From: Pseudomonadota bacterium
GTDB taxonomy: Bacteria > Pseudomonadota > Gammaproteobacteria > JAKAQQ01
DNA length: 17,081 bases
Reading direction: 5' to 3'
Assembly: GCA_027320085.1 (NCBI GenBank)
Contig: DAHVLZ010000043.1
Span: forward strand, 1-17,081
This document shows, piece by piece, positions 1-7,357 of the stretch. A model generated the notes under the pieces. That model was not told where the DNA came from. It did not search any database and saw only the letters and a program-made list of their open reading frames with translations. Position 1 is the first letter of the stretch. Each line of letters begins with the position of its first letter. The position numbers and the translations under genes are program-made.

Positions 1-433
1 CACCATGAATGCCCTTGGCTCCCGTGCCGCCTGCCCCAACGGTGAGTGTGAGTGTCTCTCCGGCATAGACACACGGTCCGCTACAGGTTCGGCTGTCCGC
101 GACAGTAGCCGCGATGGGCAGGAAGGTCGATAGCATCTGTCCAAAGCCGCCACGGGCATCCTCGCCGTGGTTGTTGCCTCCACCCCCGCCACCCCCGTCA
201 TCGGCAATGAGGAGGGCATGCGATCCCGCCACGATGGCCGAAGCGCCGCCCCCCCCGCCGCCTGCGATCTCGACCTCGATCATCCCGCCTGCGTCGGATG
301 CCGGGACTGTCCAGCGATAGACCCCGGGCCGCAACACGGTGGCGGCCCGGCCCCCCCCGCAGACGGCCAGAGCCAGGCAGGAGAGAGACAGGACAAGAAA
401 GATTTTCCGGTATCGCAGTGTCGGGATTTTCAA
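1..433 (-). CDS. Glycine-rich lipoprotein, paralog of 605..1648 (3' end lies beyond the left window edge)
   Basis: Hand translation from TTG at 433 (GGGAG SD 7 nt upstream) is open to position 1: MKIPTLRYRKIFLVLSLSCLALAVCGGGRAATVLRPGVYRWTVPASDAGGMIEVEIAGGGGGGASAIVAGSHALLIADDGGGGGGNNHGEDARGGFGQMLSTFLPIAATVADSRTCSGPCVYAGETLTLTVGAGGTGAKGIHG. It has an LAVC lipobox and is collinear with the neighbouring gene. It is not in the ORF track because it has no stop in the window. Confidence 0.85.
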   Translation of the reverse strand, partial: MKIPTLRYRKIFLVLSLSCLALAVCGGGRAATVLRPGVYRWTVPASDAGGMIEVEIAGGGGGGASAIVAGSHALLIADDGGGGGGGNNHGEDARGGFGQMLSTFLPIAATVADSRTCSGPCVYAGETLTLTVGAGGTGAKGIHG

Positions 434-518
434 CTCAGTGCTCCCACGTTAGAGTGGGATGCGAGGCTCCGCTTCCCGTCCGATGAGGGGCGAGCATATC
501 GTTCACTCCGGGTTTCGT

Positions 519-549
519 GATCACGGATCCGGAAACCGGATCCCTGATC
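519..549. repeat. Inverted repeat/hairpin between the two glycine-rich genes
   Basis: GATCA-C-GGATCCGG-AAA-CCGGATCC-C-TGATC: 13 paired bases with one mismatch and a 3-nt loop. There is no U-tract on either strand, so it is not a classical intrinsic terminator. Confidence 0.6.
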
Positions 550-604
550 CCCGGCCGCATCGACGAGGCGCCTGTGACGGGCTCTCGGGCCGGGCTTGGG
601 ACGC

Positions 605-1648
605 TCAGGACCAGATCAGGGTGATCAGCCCCGGATGACCGTTTCCTCCCGCTCCGGCATTGTAGATGCCGGATCCGGGCGAGGCCGGTCCGTTCACCCC
701 GGGCGGATTGACCTTTCCATGACCCTGTCCTCCCGCCCCGCCGCCGCAGCGGCCGGATTGGCCGGTGGCTTTGCCTCCGGCTTTCACGAATTCGATCGTA
801 GACTGAGGTTCCATGGGCAGTGCGTTGCCGCCGAGCCCTCCTGTTCCCGTACAAGCCTCCCCATCCTGGGCTCCGGCCCCACCGCCGCCACCGAAGGCAC
901 CGCTGCCACCGGCCCCACCGGGGAGGTTCCAGCGACAGGCGGCACCACCTCCGCCGCCCCCACCGTCGGTGCCTCCGCTTTGCCCGTTGAAGGCGCAGCG
1001 GTTCCCCCCGGATCCACCGCGTCCGCCGAAGCCCATGCCGCCGGTTCCGCCATGGGCCCCGAGTGCACCTTCGCCTCCGGCACCCACCGTGAGCGTCAAG
1101 GTCTCGCCGGCATAGACGCACGGGCCGGGACAGGAACGTTCATCGGTGGCATTGGCGACGATGGGCAGAAAAGTCGAGGGAGTGGACTGGCCGAAGCCGC
1201 CGAAGCCGCCGTAGCCAGCATCCTCGCCATGGTTGTTGCCTCCTCCACCGCCCCCCCCACCGTCCGCGATGAGCAGGACCCTTCCTCCTCCAACGATCGC
1301 GGAGGCACCCCCGCCGCCCCCGCCGCCGCCGCCGCAGTCGTGCTGAAACTGGCAGGTGTAGGCGGTCCCTTCAAAAGGGGCCCGCACCCATCCGGAGTTG
1401 CCCCCGCCGCCGCCCCCGCCTGCGATCTCGACCTCGATCATGCCGCCAGTGTCCGTTGGGGGAACCGTCCAGTGATAGACCCCGGGTTGCATCCAGCTGT
1501 GCATCCCGGATACGTTGGTCGGCCGGTTCGGGCGCGGTGGGTTTGCCGTCGCGCGGACCCGGTCATGGCTGCAGGCCGCGAGTGCCAGGCAGGACAGGGT
1601 CAGGGCAAAAAACGGGCTCCGGAATTGCATGGTCGGTCGGTTCAACAT
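605..1648 (-). CDS. Glycine-rich (polyglycine-bundle type) lipoprotein, putative surface protein/adhesin
   Basis: ATG at 1648 has a GGAG SD 8 nt upstream and is preferred over 1684. Signal peptide ends in an LAAC lipobox. The WTVP..IEVEIAGGGGGGG, GETLTLTVGAGG and C-terminal GNGHPGLITLIW motifs are typical of bacterial/phage glycine-rich domains. There are 8 Cys after the lipidated Cys. Confidence 0.85.
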   Translation of the reverse strand: MLNRPTMQFRSPFFALTLSCLALAACSHDRVRATANPPRPNRPTNVSGMHSWMQPGVYHWTVPPTDTGGMIEVEIAGGGGGGGNSGWVRAPFEGTAYTCQFQHDCGGGGGGGGGASAIVGGGRVLLIADGGGGGGGGNNHGEDAGYGGFGGFGQSTPSTFLPIVANATDERSCPGPCVYAGETLTLTVGAGGEGALGAHGGTGGMGFGGRGGSGGNRCAFNGQSGGTDGGGGGGGAACRWNLPGGAGGSGAFGGGGGAGAQDGEACTGTGGLGGNALPMEPQSTIEFVKAGGKATGQSGRCGGGAGGQGHGKVNPPGVNGPASPGSGIYNAGAGGNGHPGLITLIWS

Positions 1649-1872
1649 GATTGAGGCTCCCAGTCTCCAGGGGCAGAATGGCACCGCTCCCCTCTAATTG
1701 CCCCAGTATACAGACCGTCCAGCCGGTTTCATGAGAAAAAAACCAAGCTCCCCGGAGGCCGTTCCGGTACGCATCGACAAGGGCACCGGCCTTGGTTAGG
1801 ATAACCCGACCGGCATTGCCGTGTTCCGACCTCAAGCCGGGGCAAACTCAAAACCTCCATGAAGGAGTGCAT

Positions 1873-2277
1873 ATGAAGAAAGTTGAGCGTGGTTTCACAT
1901 TGATTGAACTTGTGATGGTGATCGTGATCCTGGGTATCCTGGCCGCGGTTGCCATTCCCAAGTTCATCAACCTGGGCTCACAGGCCAATCAGGCCGCCTT
2001 GGCCGGAGTCGTCGGTGCGGTCGAGTCGGCCAGCGAGATCAACTATGCCGCGGCGGTCGCGGGCAACCCCTCCGCGGTTTCCACCGCCGGTGCGAGCTGC
2101 GCGCTCATCCTGACCGGTCCGCCCGGCGGCATTCTCGAACAGCCGCTGGACCAGACCCGATACACGGTGACCGGCACGATCGGAACGACCAGCGGCGACG
2201 CATCGTCCTGCACGATCACGCAGCTTGCGACCAGCGCGACCACATCGGCCCAGATCATCGCCGTCGACGTCCCCTGA
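1873..2277 (+). CDS. Type IVa prepilin, MshA/MshB-like
   Basis: AAGGAG SD then MKKVERG|FTLIELVMVIVILGILAAVAIPKF (class III signal, F1/E5). The following INL..QA..AAL.GV.GAV.SA pattern resembles MSHA pilins. Two Cys in the globular part; 134 aa. Confidence 0.9.
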   Translation: MKKVERGFTLIELVMVIVILGILAAVAIPKFINLGSQANQAALAGVVGAVESASEINYAAAVAGNPSAVSTAGASCALILTGPPGGILEQPLDQTRYTVTGTIGTTSGDASSCTITQLATSATTSAQIIAVDVP

Positions 2278-2287
2278 GACCGGGGCC

Positions 2288-3052
2288 GTGCCGCAGGACC
2301 TGCCCCGGATCGCTCTTTTCGGCGCTTCCGGCCGGATGGGCACCCAGGTCCTCTCGGCTTCGGCTGGCCGGGACGCGCTTGAGGTGGGGCTCGCGCTGGT
2401 CCGGCCGGACAGCCCGAAACTCGGCCTGCCCTGTTTTACGGGATCCGGGACAGGGGGGGGAGGGATCTGTTTCGAGACGGCATCGAAGGCCTCCTGGGAA
2501 GGAATCGCTGCCGTCGTCGATTTTTCCTCGCCGGACGGACTTCGGGAAGCCATCCACTACTGCGGACGTTGCCGGATCCCCCTGCTTTCAGGAACGACGC
2601 CCCTCACGGTCGAACTCGACCGTCTCCTCGATGATCTCGCGGTTCGGGTTCCGGTCCTTCACGCCGCCAATTTCAGCCGGGCGGTCATCGCCCTCAGCCA
2701 GATCCTCCCCGGGCTCCGCGGCTGGCTGGGGGACTCTTTCGAAGCCGGCATCGTGGACATCCACCACGCGACGAAAAAGGATGCGCCCTCCGGGACGGCG
2801 CGCGTCCTCGCGGCTGCCTGGGATGGCGGCCCGACCGGGCGGACGTCCACCGTCTCTTTACGCGTCGGAGGGGCCATCGGCGACCATGTCCTCTGGATCG
2901 AGGGCGGGGGTGAGAGGATCGAGATCTGGCACCGGGTCCAGGACCGGCGGGTCTTTGCCGAGGGCGCGCTCAATGCAGTCCGGGCCCTGTCCGTCCGTCC
3001 TCCGGGGCGTTATACGCTGGAATCGCTTTGGGAGCCCGGGGCAGGTCCCTGA
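2288..3052 (+). CDS. dapB: 4-hydroxy-tetrahydrodipicolinate reductase
   Basis: Probable GTG start at 2288. Motifs: Rossmann RIALFGASGRMG, VVDFSSP, SGTT, ANFS, catalytic HHxxKxDAPSGTA, R.G...GDH and H....R..FA.GA. Confidence 0.92.
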   Translation: MPQDLPRIALFGASGRMGTQVLSASAGRDALEVGLALVRPDSPKLGLPCFTGSGTGGGGICFETASKASWEGIAAVVDFSSPDGLREAIHYCGRCRIPLLSGTTPLTVELDRLLDDLAVRVPVLHAANFSRAVIALSQILPGLRGWLGDSFEAGIVDIHHATKKDAPSGTARVLAAAWDGGPTGRTSTVSLRVGGAIGDHVLWIEGGGERIEIWHRVQDRRVFAEGALNAVRALSVRPPGRYTLESLWEPGAGP

Positions 3053-3337
3053 TACGGGTGCCGGTGGCCACTCTGCAAGGTGTGGCCGGGAGGAGGGGTC
3101 AAGGGGGATTGGGACTGCCCAAGGGGGGTCTGTATCTAAAAAACAACAATCTCCCTGAAGGGGATGGAGGAAATGGCTATGGAGTTGCGAAGGCCCCGTG
3201 AGGGGCAGCAGCGGTCCGGATCCCGCAGGAAATCAATAAAAAAGTTTATGAAACAATGTATTATGGAAGTTCCAAGTCAGACCAGGACCCTTCATGACCA
3301 GTCGTTGACGGGACAATCCGGGGCTTGGTTCCATTTA

Positions 3338-3366
3338 TTGACATGGATCAAATGGCTTGTTATCTT
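3338..3366 (+). promoter_or_regulatory. Sigma70-type promoter for the flp/tad operon
   Basis: TTGACA (3338-3343), exactly 17 bp, then TATCTT (3361-3366), with an extended -10 TG at 3358-3359. It sits in an AT-rich spacer about 140 nt upstream of the flp ATG. Confidence 0.7.
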
Positions 3367-3507
3367 ATTGCGCGCATACTACAAATACCGCCCGAGAAGC
3401 GAGAACTGAGTGGCCGGTTTAAAACCTTAAAACCATCACTACCTCGTTTGCCTATCGGACGGAGCAACTGTCAACCGCCTTTTTAAATCACTTTGAGGAC
3501 CGTATCC

Positions 3508-3795
3508 ATGAAGCAACTATCGAACGTACGGAAAGCCCGCAAGCAACGTGGACAGGGCATGACGGAGTACATCATCATTGTGGCCCTGGTCGCGATCTCG
3601 GCCATCGCCGTCTATGCCTGGTTCGGCAAGGACGTGCGTGGCCAGATGGCCAGCATCTCGAGCCAGCTGGCCGGCAACAGCGGGGCCGCAGGTCTGGCTG
3701 CCGCCCAAACGGCCAGGAATGGGGCCAAAACCGAGGGGAACGCGACCTACAATCTGGGCACCTACAACAAGAACGTAGCCAACGTCGGGCAGTAA
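3508..3795 (+). CDS. flp: Flp-family (type IVb/IVc) major pilin
   Basis: GAGG SD and ATG at 3508. Basic leader KARKQRG|QGMTEYIIIVALVAISAIAVY carries the Flp E5-Y6 motif. 95 aa; first gene of the tad cluster. Confidence 0.88.
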   Translation: MKQLSNVRKARKQRGQGMTEYIIIVALVAISAIAVYAWFGKDVRGQMASISSQLAGNSGAAGLAAAQTARNGAKTEGNATYNLGTYNKNVANVGQ

Positions 3796-3852
3796 GCCGC
3801 GCGACCGCGTACGGAGAAGAGCCACCGCCTCGATACCTAAAGGTCTGCCCCC

Positions 3853-5334
3853 ATGGACATCCAAGATCCCCTTGGCGTACAGGGAGTGCCCCTTTCTGAA
3901 CGGGGGCAGACCACGGTTTTTGTGGCGGTGACAATTGTCATCATCCTGCTTGCAGCCCTTCTCCTCTACAACGTCGGCCGTTTCACCTCGACCAAGATGC
4001 GCATGCAGAACGCGGCGGATGCGACCGCCTACAGCGGGGCCGTCATGCTGGCCCGTGCCTACAACTTTTCAGCCTATTCGAACCGGGCCATGGTGGCGAA
4101 CCAGGTGGCCATCGCGCAGCTCGTGGGGCTTACCTCCTGGTCCCGCTATTACTGCACGATCTACAACGCGACATGCGGAAAATTTCCCTCTCCGACGGGT
4201 TCCTACGGGGCCTATACCGAGATCACGGACGAGATCGAGGCTTTTTTCAACGGGGAACTCACGCCTGAAGTCCAAATCGTCTTCGATACCTACGGCTTCA
4301 TCTCCAAGGGGATCTATACAGCCATCAATGCAAGCGCAGGCCCCCTCATCGATACCCTGAACGGGGTCGAGGAGGCGCTGAGTCTCGCCTCGCAGGGTTA
4401 TTACCTCGCCACGATGGCCGATCTCGTGTCGGCCGCAGGCAACACGGGTCCCCTCGTAACCATCCTCCACGCGAATGATCCGAATGCCAACTTCAGCGGC
4501 TACGGGGAGATTCTCCTCGGAATCGATACCGCCGAGATCGGGAAGTTCACGACCAAATACACCCCGCTGGACAACAAAAACGATCCCAACAACCGTTTCC
4601 ATACCGTCGTGGTGAACAGCCTCGATCCCTTTTCCAACGGTCGCTCCGGAGCCCTGGATATGACGGAAACCCTGCCATTTCCGCTCGTGGCCGGCGGTTC
4701 CTGCCTGGGTGACGGGGATGGCTTTTTCCTGATGGGGGCGGACTACAGCGGTTCGACCACGCTGGCCAATGACAATGCCAGCTGGAGTGCCCAGGACCAG
4801 GCACAGTTCTTCGGCGGGGGGGTCTGCATCATCCAGGTGCCGACGCCGGTGGGGGATATCCCCATCCCCATCCCGCTCTTCGGGTACGCCTATGACAGCA
4901 ACCAGGCCTATACCGGCAAGCTGCCTTCGGGCAGCTCGACCAGCACGATCTACAAGGTGGGCACCTACAGCGGGCTCCGCAACTACAGGGACGTCTCGAA
5001 CCTCTCCAAGCCCGACATGACCTCGCCCGTGCTCTCGATCTTCATCGAGCGGAAGGCCACTACGATCGGCACGACCGAGTACGCGAAAAGCCCCGTCGGT
5101 GCGCCCCAGGGGACGGCCCAGCAGGGGAGTACCCCGGTCCTCAACCTCACGGACGCGGAGAAGGGTGGCGTCATGGGAGCGAGTTCCTCGGCGGATGCCT
5201 ATTTCGCCCGCCCGCTCCAGTTCTGGGAGCTCGGCGGAAAGGCCGTCTACGGCAACCTGTTCAACCCGTACTGGGAGGCCCATCTGGTACCCACCCCGCT
5301 TGCCCTCCAGGCCATTGCCGCGGGGTTCCAGTGA
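3853..5334 (+). CDS. TadG-like minor pilin (N-terminal Tad domain), putative tip protein
   Basis: ERG|QTTVFVAVTIVIILLAALLLYNVG followed by MQNAADATAYSGA (the Tad/TadG N-terminal motif); conserved-looking C-terminal YFARP...YGNLFNPYWEAHL. The start could instead be GTG 3886. Confidence 0.85.
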   Translation: MDIQDPLGVQGVPLSERGQTTVFVAVTIVIILLAALLLYNVGRFTSTKMRMQNAADATAYSGAVMLARAYNFSAYSNRAMVANQVAIAQLVGLTSWSRYYCTIYNATCGKFPSPTGSYGAYTEITDEIEAFFNGELTPEVQIVFDTYGFISKGIYTAINASAGPLIDTLNGVEEALSLASQGYYLATMADLVSAAGNTGPLVTILHANDPNANFSGYGEILLGIDTAEIGKFTTKYTPLDNKNDPNNRFHTVVVNSLDPFSNGRSGALDMTETLPFPLVAGGSCLGDGDGFFLMGADYSGSTTLANDNASWSAQDQAQFFGGGVCIIQVPTPVGDIPIPIPLFGYAYDSNQAYTGKLPSGSSTSTIYKVGTYSGLRNYRDVSNLSKPDMTSPVLSIFIERKATTIGTTEYAKSPVGAPQGTAQQGSTPVLNLTDAEKGGVMGASSSADAYFARPLQFWELGGKAVYGNLFNPYWEAHLVPTPLALQAIAAGFQ

Positions 5335-6590
5335 GACGCGTCCCACGCCCGTCCGGCCGCTCCCGGCAAAAGGGGCAGGCCATGGCGGAAATGGTCATCG
5401 CCTCCCTGTTCCTCCTGGTGCCGCTCTTCCTCCTGGTGCCGCTCCTGGGCAAGCTCATCGACTTCAAGATGGCGACCCTGGAGGCGGCCCGCTACGCGGC
5501 CTTCGAGCGGACGATCACGAGCAACCAGGCGACCGTCCGCAACGCGAACTTCGCCTACCTGCCGGATGCCCAGCTCCAAAACGGGACCCTGATGCGGTTT
5601 TTCAGCGCCGGTGGCGGCACGATCACCAATGCCCAGAACACCTCGACCTCGGGTTTCGCACCCCGTCCCCTGTGGGTCGACCAGGCGCTCCACCCGTTCA
5701 TGGGCTCGGCCGGCGATGGCTCGGTCACGGTCACCCAGAATGCGAGTCCCTCCTATGCCGACCAGACGCTGGGCACGATCCTGGGCGGTCTCAATGCCCT
5801 CGGTGTCGGGTTCCAGTGGGATTCCAAGGGTTATTTCACGGCGTCCGTGACGGCCCATGCCGCGCTCCCGACCAGCATCAACTCCTGGGCCGGCAAGGCG
5901 CTCAATGATTACCTCAAAAACCCGCTCACCTTCACCGCGAGCAACAGCCTCCTCGCCGATTCGGGGAGCGCCACCAATCCGGATTATGTGAAAAGCCAGA
6001 CCCAGGCCACCCTGGTCACGAACCTGCTCAATTTCACCAACAACTTTTCCCAGTATGACGTGATCCTGCCGGATCTCGGTGGTCTCAAGATGGGCTACGT
6101 CCTGGTCAACAACCCGGGCGAAGTCCCCTGCGACCGGCTACAGGGGGGCTGCGGGAGCCAGACCCAGACGCCGCCCAGCAACACGGTCAGCCAGACGGCC
6201 ATCAACCAGGTGATCCAGCAGATGGAAAGCCAGGGATACACCCTGCAGTCCCAGACCACGGCCTCGAACGGGGATGTGACCCTCACCTTCACGAACGGCA
6301 GTGGCAGCACCATTCCGGTCACCCTGACCCCGGGTGGCGGAGGCGGGACGAGTGGCAGCACGACCGTCACCCAGAGCACCCAGGACGTCTACCAGACGGC
6401 CCAGAGCCTCTACAACAGTCTCACGGGACAGGGCTGGTCCGGAGGACCGGATCCCGGATCGAAGGACAAGAACGTGACAAGCTGGAACATGACGTTCACC
6501 AAGACCCTGAACGGGCAGACCCAGACCCTGAATGTCAAGATCACGTCCAACTCGAGCGGGGGCAGTACCGTGACCTCGACCACGAGCTGA
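5331..6590 (+). CDS. TadE-like minor pilin with Thr/Ser/Gly/Gln-rich C-terminal extension
   Basis: GTGA overlap with the upstream stop. KG|QAMAEMVIASLFLLVPLFLLVPLLGK...EAARYAAFER is a TadE-like N-terminus (E5, AAR motif). Confidence 0.82.
   Translation: MRRVPRPSGRSRQKGQAMAEMVIASLFLLVPLFLLVPLLGKLIDFKMATLEAARYAAFERTITSNQATVRNANFAYLPDAQLQNGTLMRFFSAGGGTITNAQNTSTSGFAPRPLWVDQALHPFMGSAGDGSVTVTQNASPSYADQTLGTILGGLNALGVGFQWDSKGYFTASVTAHAALPTSINSWAGKALNDYLKNPLTFTASNSLLADSGSATNPDYVKSQTQATLVTNLLNFTNNFSQYDVILPDLGGLKMGYVLVNNPGEVPCDRLQGGCGSQTQTPPSNTVSQTAINQVIQQMESQGYTLQSQTTASNGDVTLTFTNGSGSTIPVTLTPGGGGGTSGSTTVTQSTQDVYQTAQSLYNSLTGQGWSGGPDPGSKDKNVTSWNMTFTKTLNGQTQTLNVKITSNSSGGSTVTSTTS
5409..5444 (+). repeat. 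Exact 18-bp tandem duplication encoding FLLVPL x2
   Basis: TTCCTCCTGGTGCCGCTC at 5409-5426 and again at 5427-5444, inside the pilin hydrophobic helix. Confidence 0.85.
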
Positions 6591-6597
6591 GAGCGCC

Positions 6598-7350
6598 ATG
6601 ACCCTTCAATCAGCCGGAACCGGAAAGACCAGGCGCGCTGTGAGGGGATGCCGTGCGGGCGGGATCGCCGCGTGGGTCTTGGGCCTCCTCCTCGCGGGAG
6701 CGGCCCGGGCGGCCTGGATTCCCCACGTCGAGTGCACGCCATCGACCGTGCCTTCAGGCACCCGCCTCACCATCGTCGGCCGCGATACCGTCGTGAACGG
6801 CCTGCCGATGAGCATGATCGAACTCCATTCCCCGCGGTCGCGTCAGGCGGTCCTGGACTGGTATGAGAAGCACTGGACCCTGGCCAATGGCCAGCCGCAT
6901 TACATCCGCTACCGTGTGGGGGCCTGGCAGGTCATTGCCCGGAAGCAGGGATCCTGTTTCGAGACCGTCCAGCTCAAAAACGAGGGATCCGGCAGTTTTG
7001 GCCTGATCGGGATCAGCCGTCCGGCAGTCGCACAGCGCTCGGTCCGGCACCCCCGCTTTCCGGCCCTGGCCGGCAGCCGGTCCCTGCTCCACCTGCTCAG
7101 CAACGATGGCGGCAAGATCGGCGAGACCTGGCTGTTCAAAAACTCGGGGAGCGTCATGCAGAACGCCCGCTTCTATCTCGGACGTTTCCACCGCGACGGC
7201 TGGGTGGATGAGATGAGCCAGAAGGAGAGTGTGCATGGCCGGACCGTGGTCGTGCTCATGCTCCAGAAAGGTTCCCGGACCGCCCAGATCGTGGTGGAGC
7301 CTGCGGCGACCGGATCATTCATCGTGGCGACGCGGGTCCACCATGGATAG
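6598..7350 (+). CDS. Exported hypothetical protein in the tad operon
   Basis: In operon phase, 7 nt after the upstream stop. Basic N-region, hydrophobic stretch and ARA/AAW cleavage site. Two similar alpha/beta halves (VLDWYEKHW..., ARFYLGRFHRDGW...). Confidence 0.75.
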   Translation: MTLQSAGTGKTRRAVRGCRAGGIAAWVLGLLLAGAARAAWIPHVECTPSTVPSGTRLTIVGRDTVVNGLPMSMIELHSPRSRQAVLDWYEKHWTLANGQPHYIRYRVGAWQVIARKQGSCFETVQLKNEGSGSFGLIGISRPAVAQRSVRHPRFPALAGSRSLLHLLSNDGGKIGETWLFKNSGSVMQNARFYLGRFHRDGWVDEMSQKESVHGRTVVVLMLQKGSRTAQIVVEPAATGSFIVATRVHHG

Positions 7351-7357
7351 GAAGCCG

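Noticed and set aside
1-1480. Diversity-generating retroelement-type TR/VR pair
   Set aside because: Differences between the paralogs are largely third-position and involve all four bases rather than adenines only. Both copies are coding and there is no reverse transcriptase in the window.
596-1654. 352-aa plus-strand ORF and other Pro/Ala-rich ORFs over the glycine-rich genes
   Set aside because: Antisense shadows of GGC/GGG codon runs. The minus-strand frame has the SD, lipobox and paralog conservation.
3353-3371. Sigma54 promoter (TGGC...TTGC) upstream of flp
   Set aside because: Spacing between GG and GC is longer than the required 10 nt.
3164-3409. 81-aa ORF in the dapB-flp spacer
   Set aside because: Atypical AT-rich composition, no recognisable motif, and it spans the predicted promoter. 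It cannot be fully excluded because a GGAGG precedes internal ATGs.
3373-3507. c-di-GMP riboswitch in the flp leader
   Set aside because: I could not find the GGCAAACC / GNRA / GACGCAAAGC-type elements of class I or a class II pattern. An Rfam scan would be decisive.
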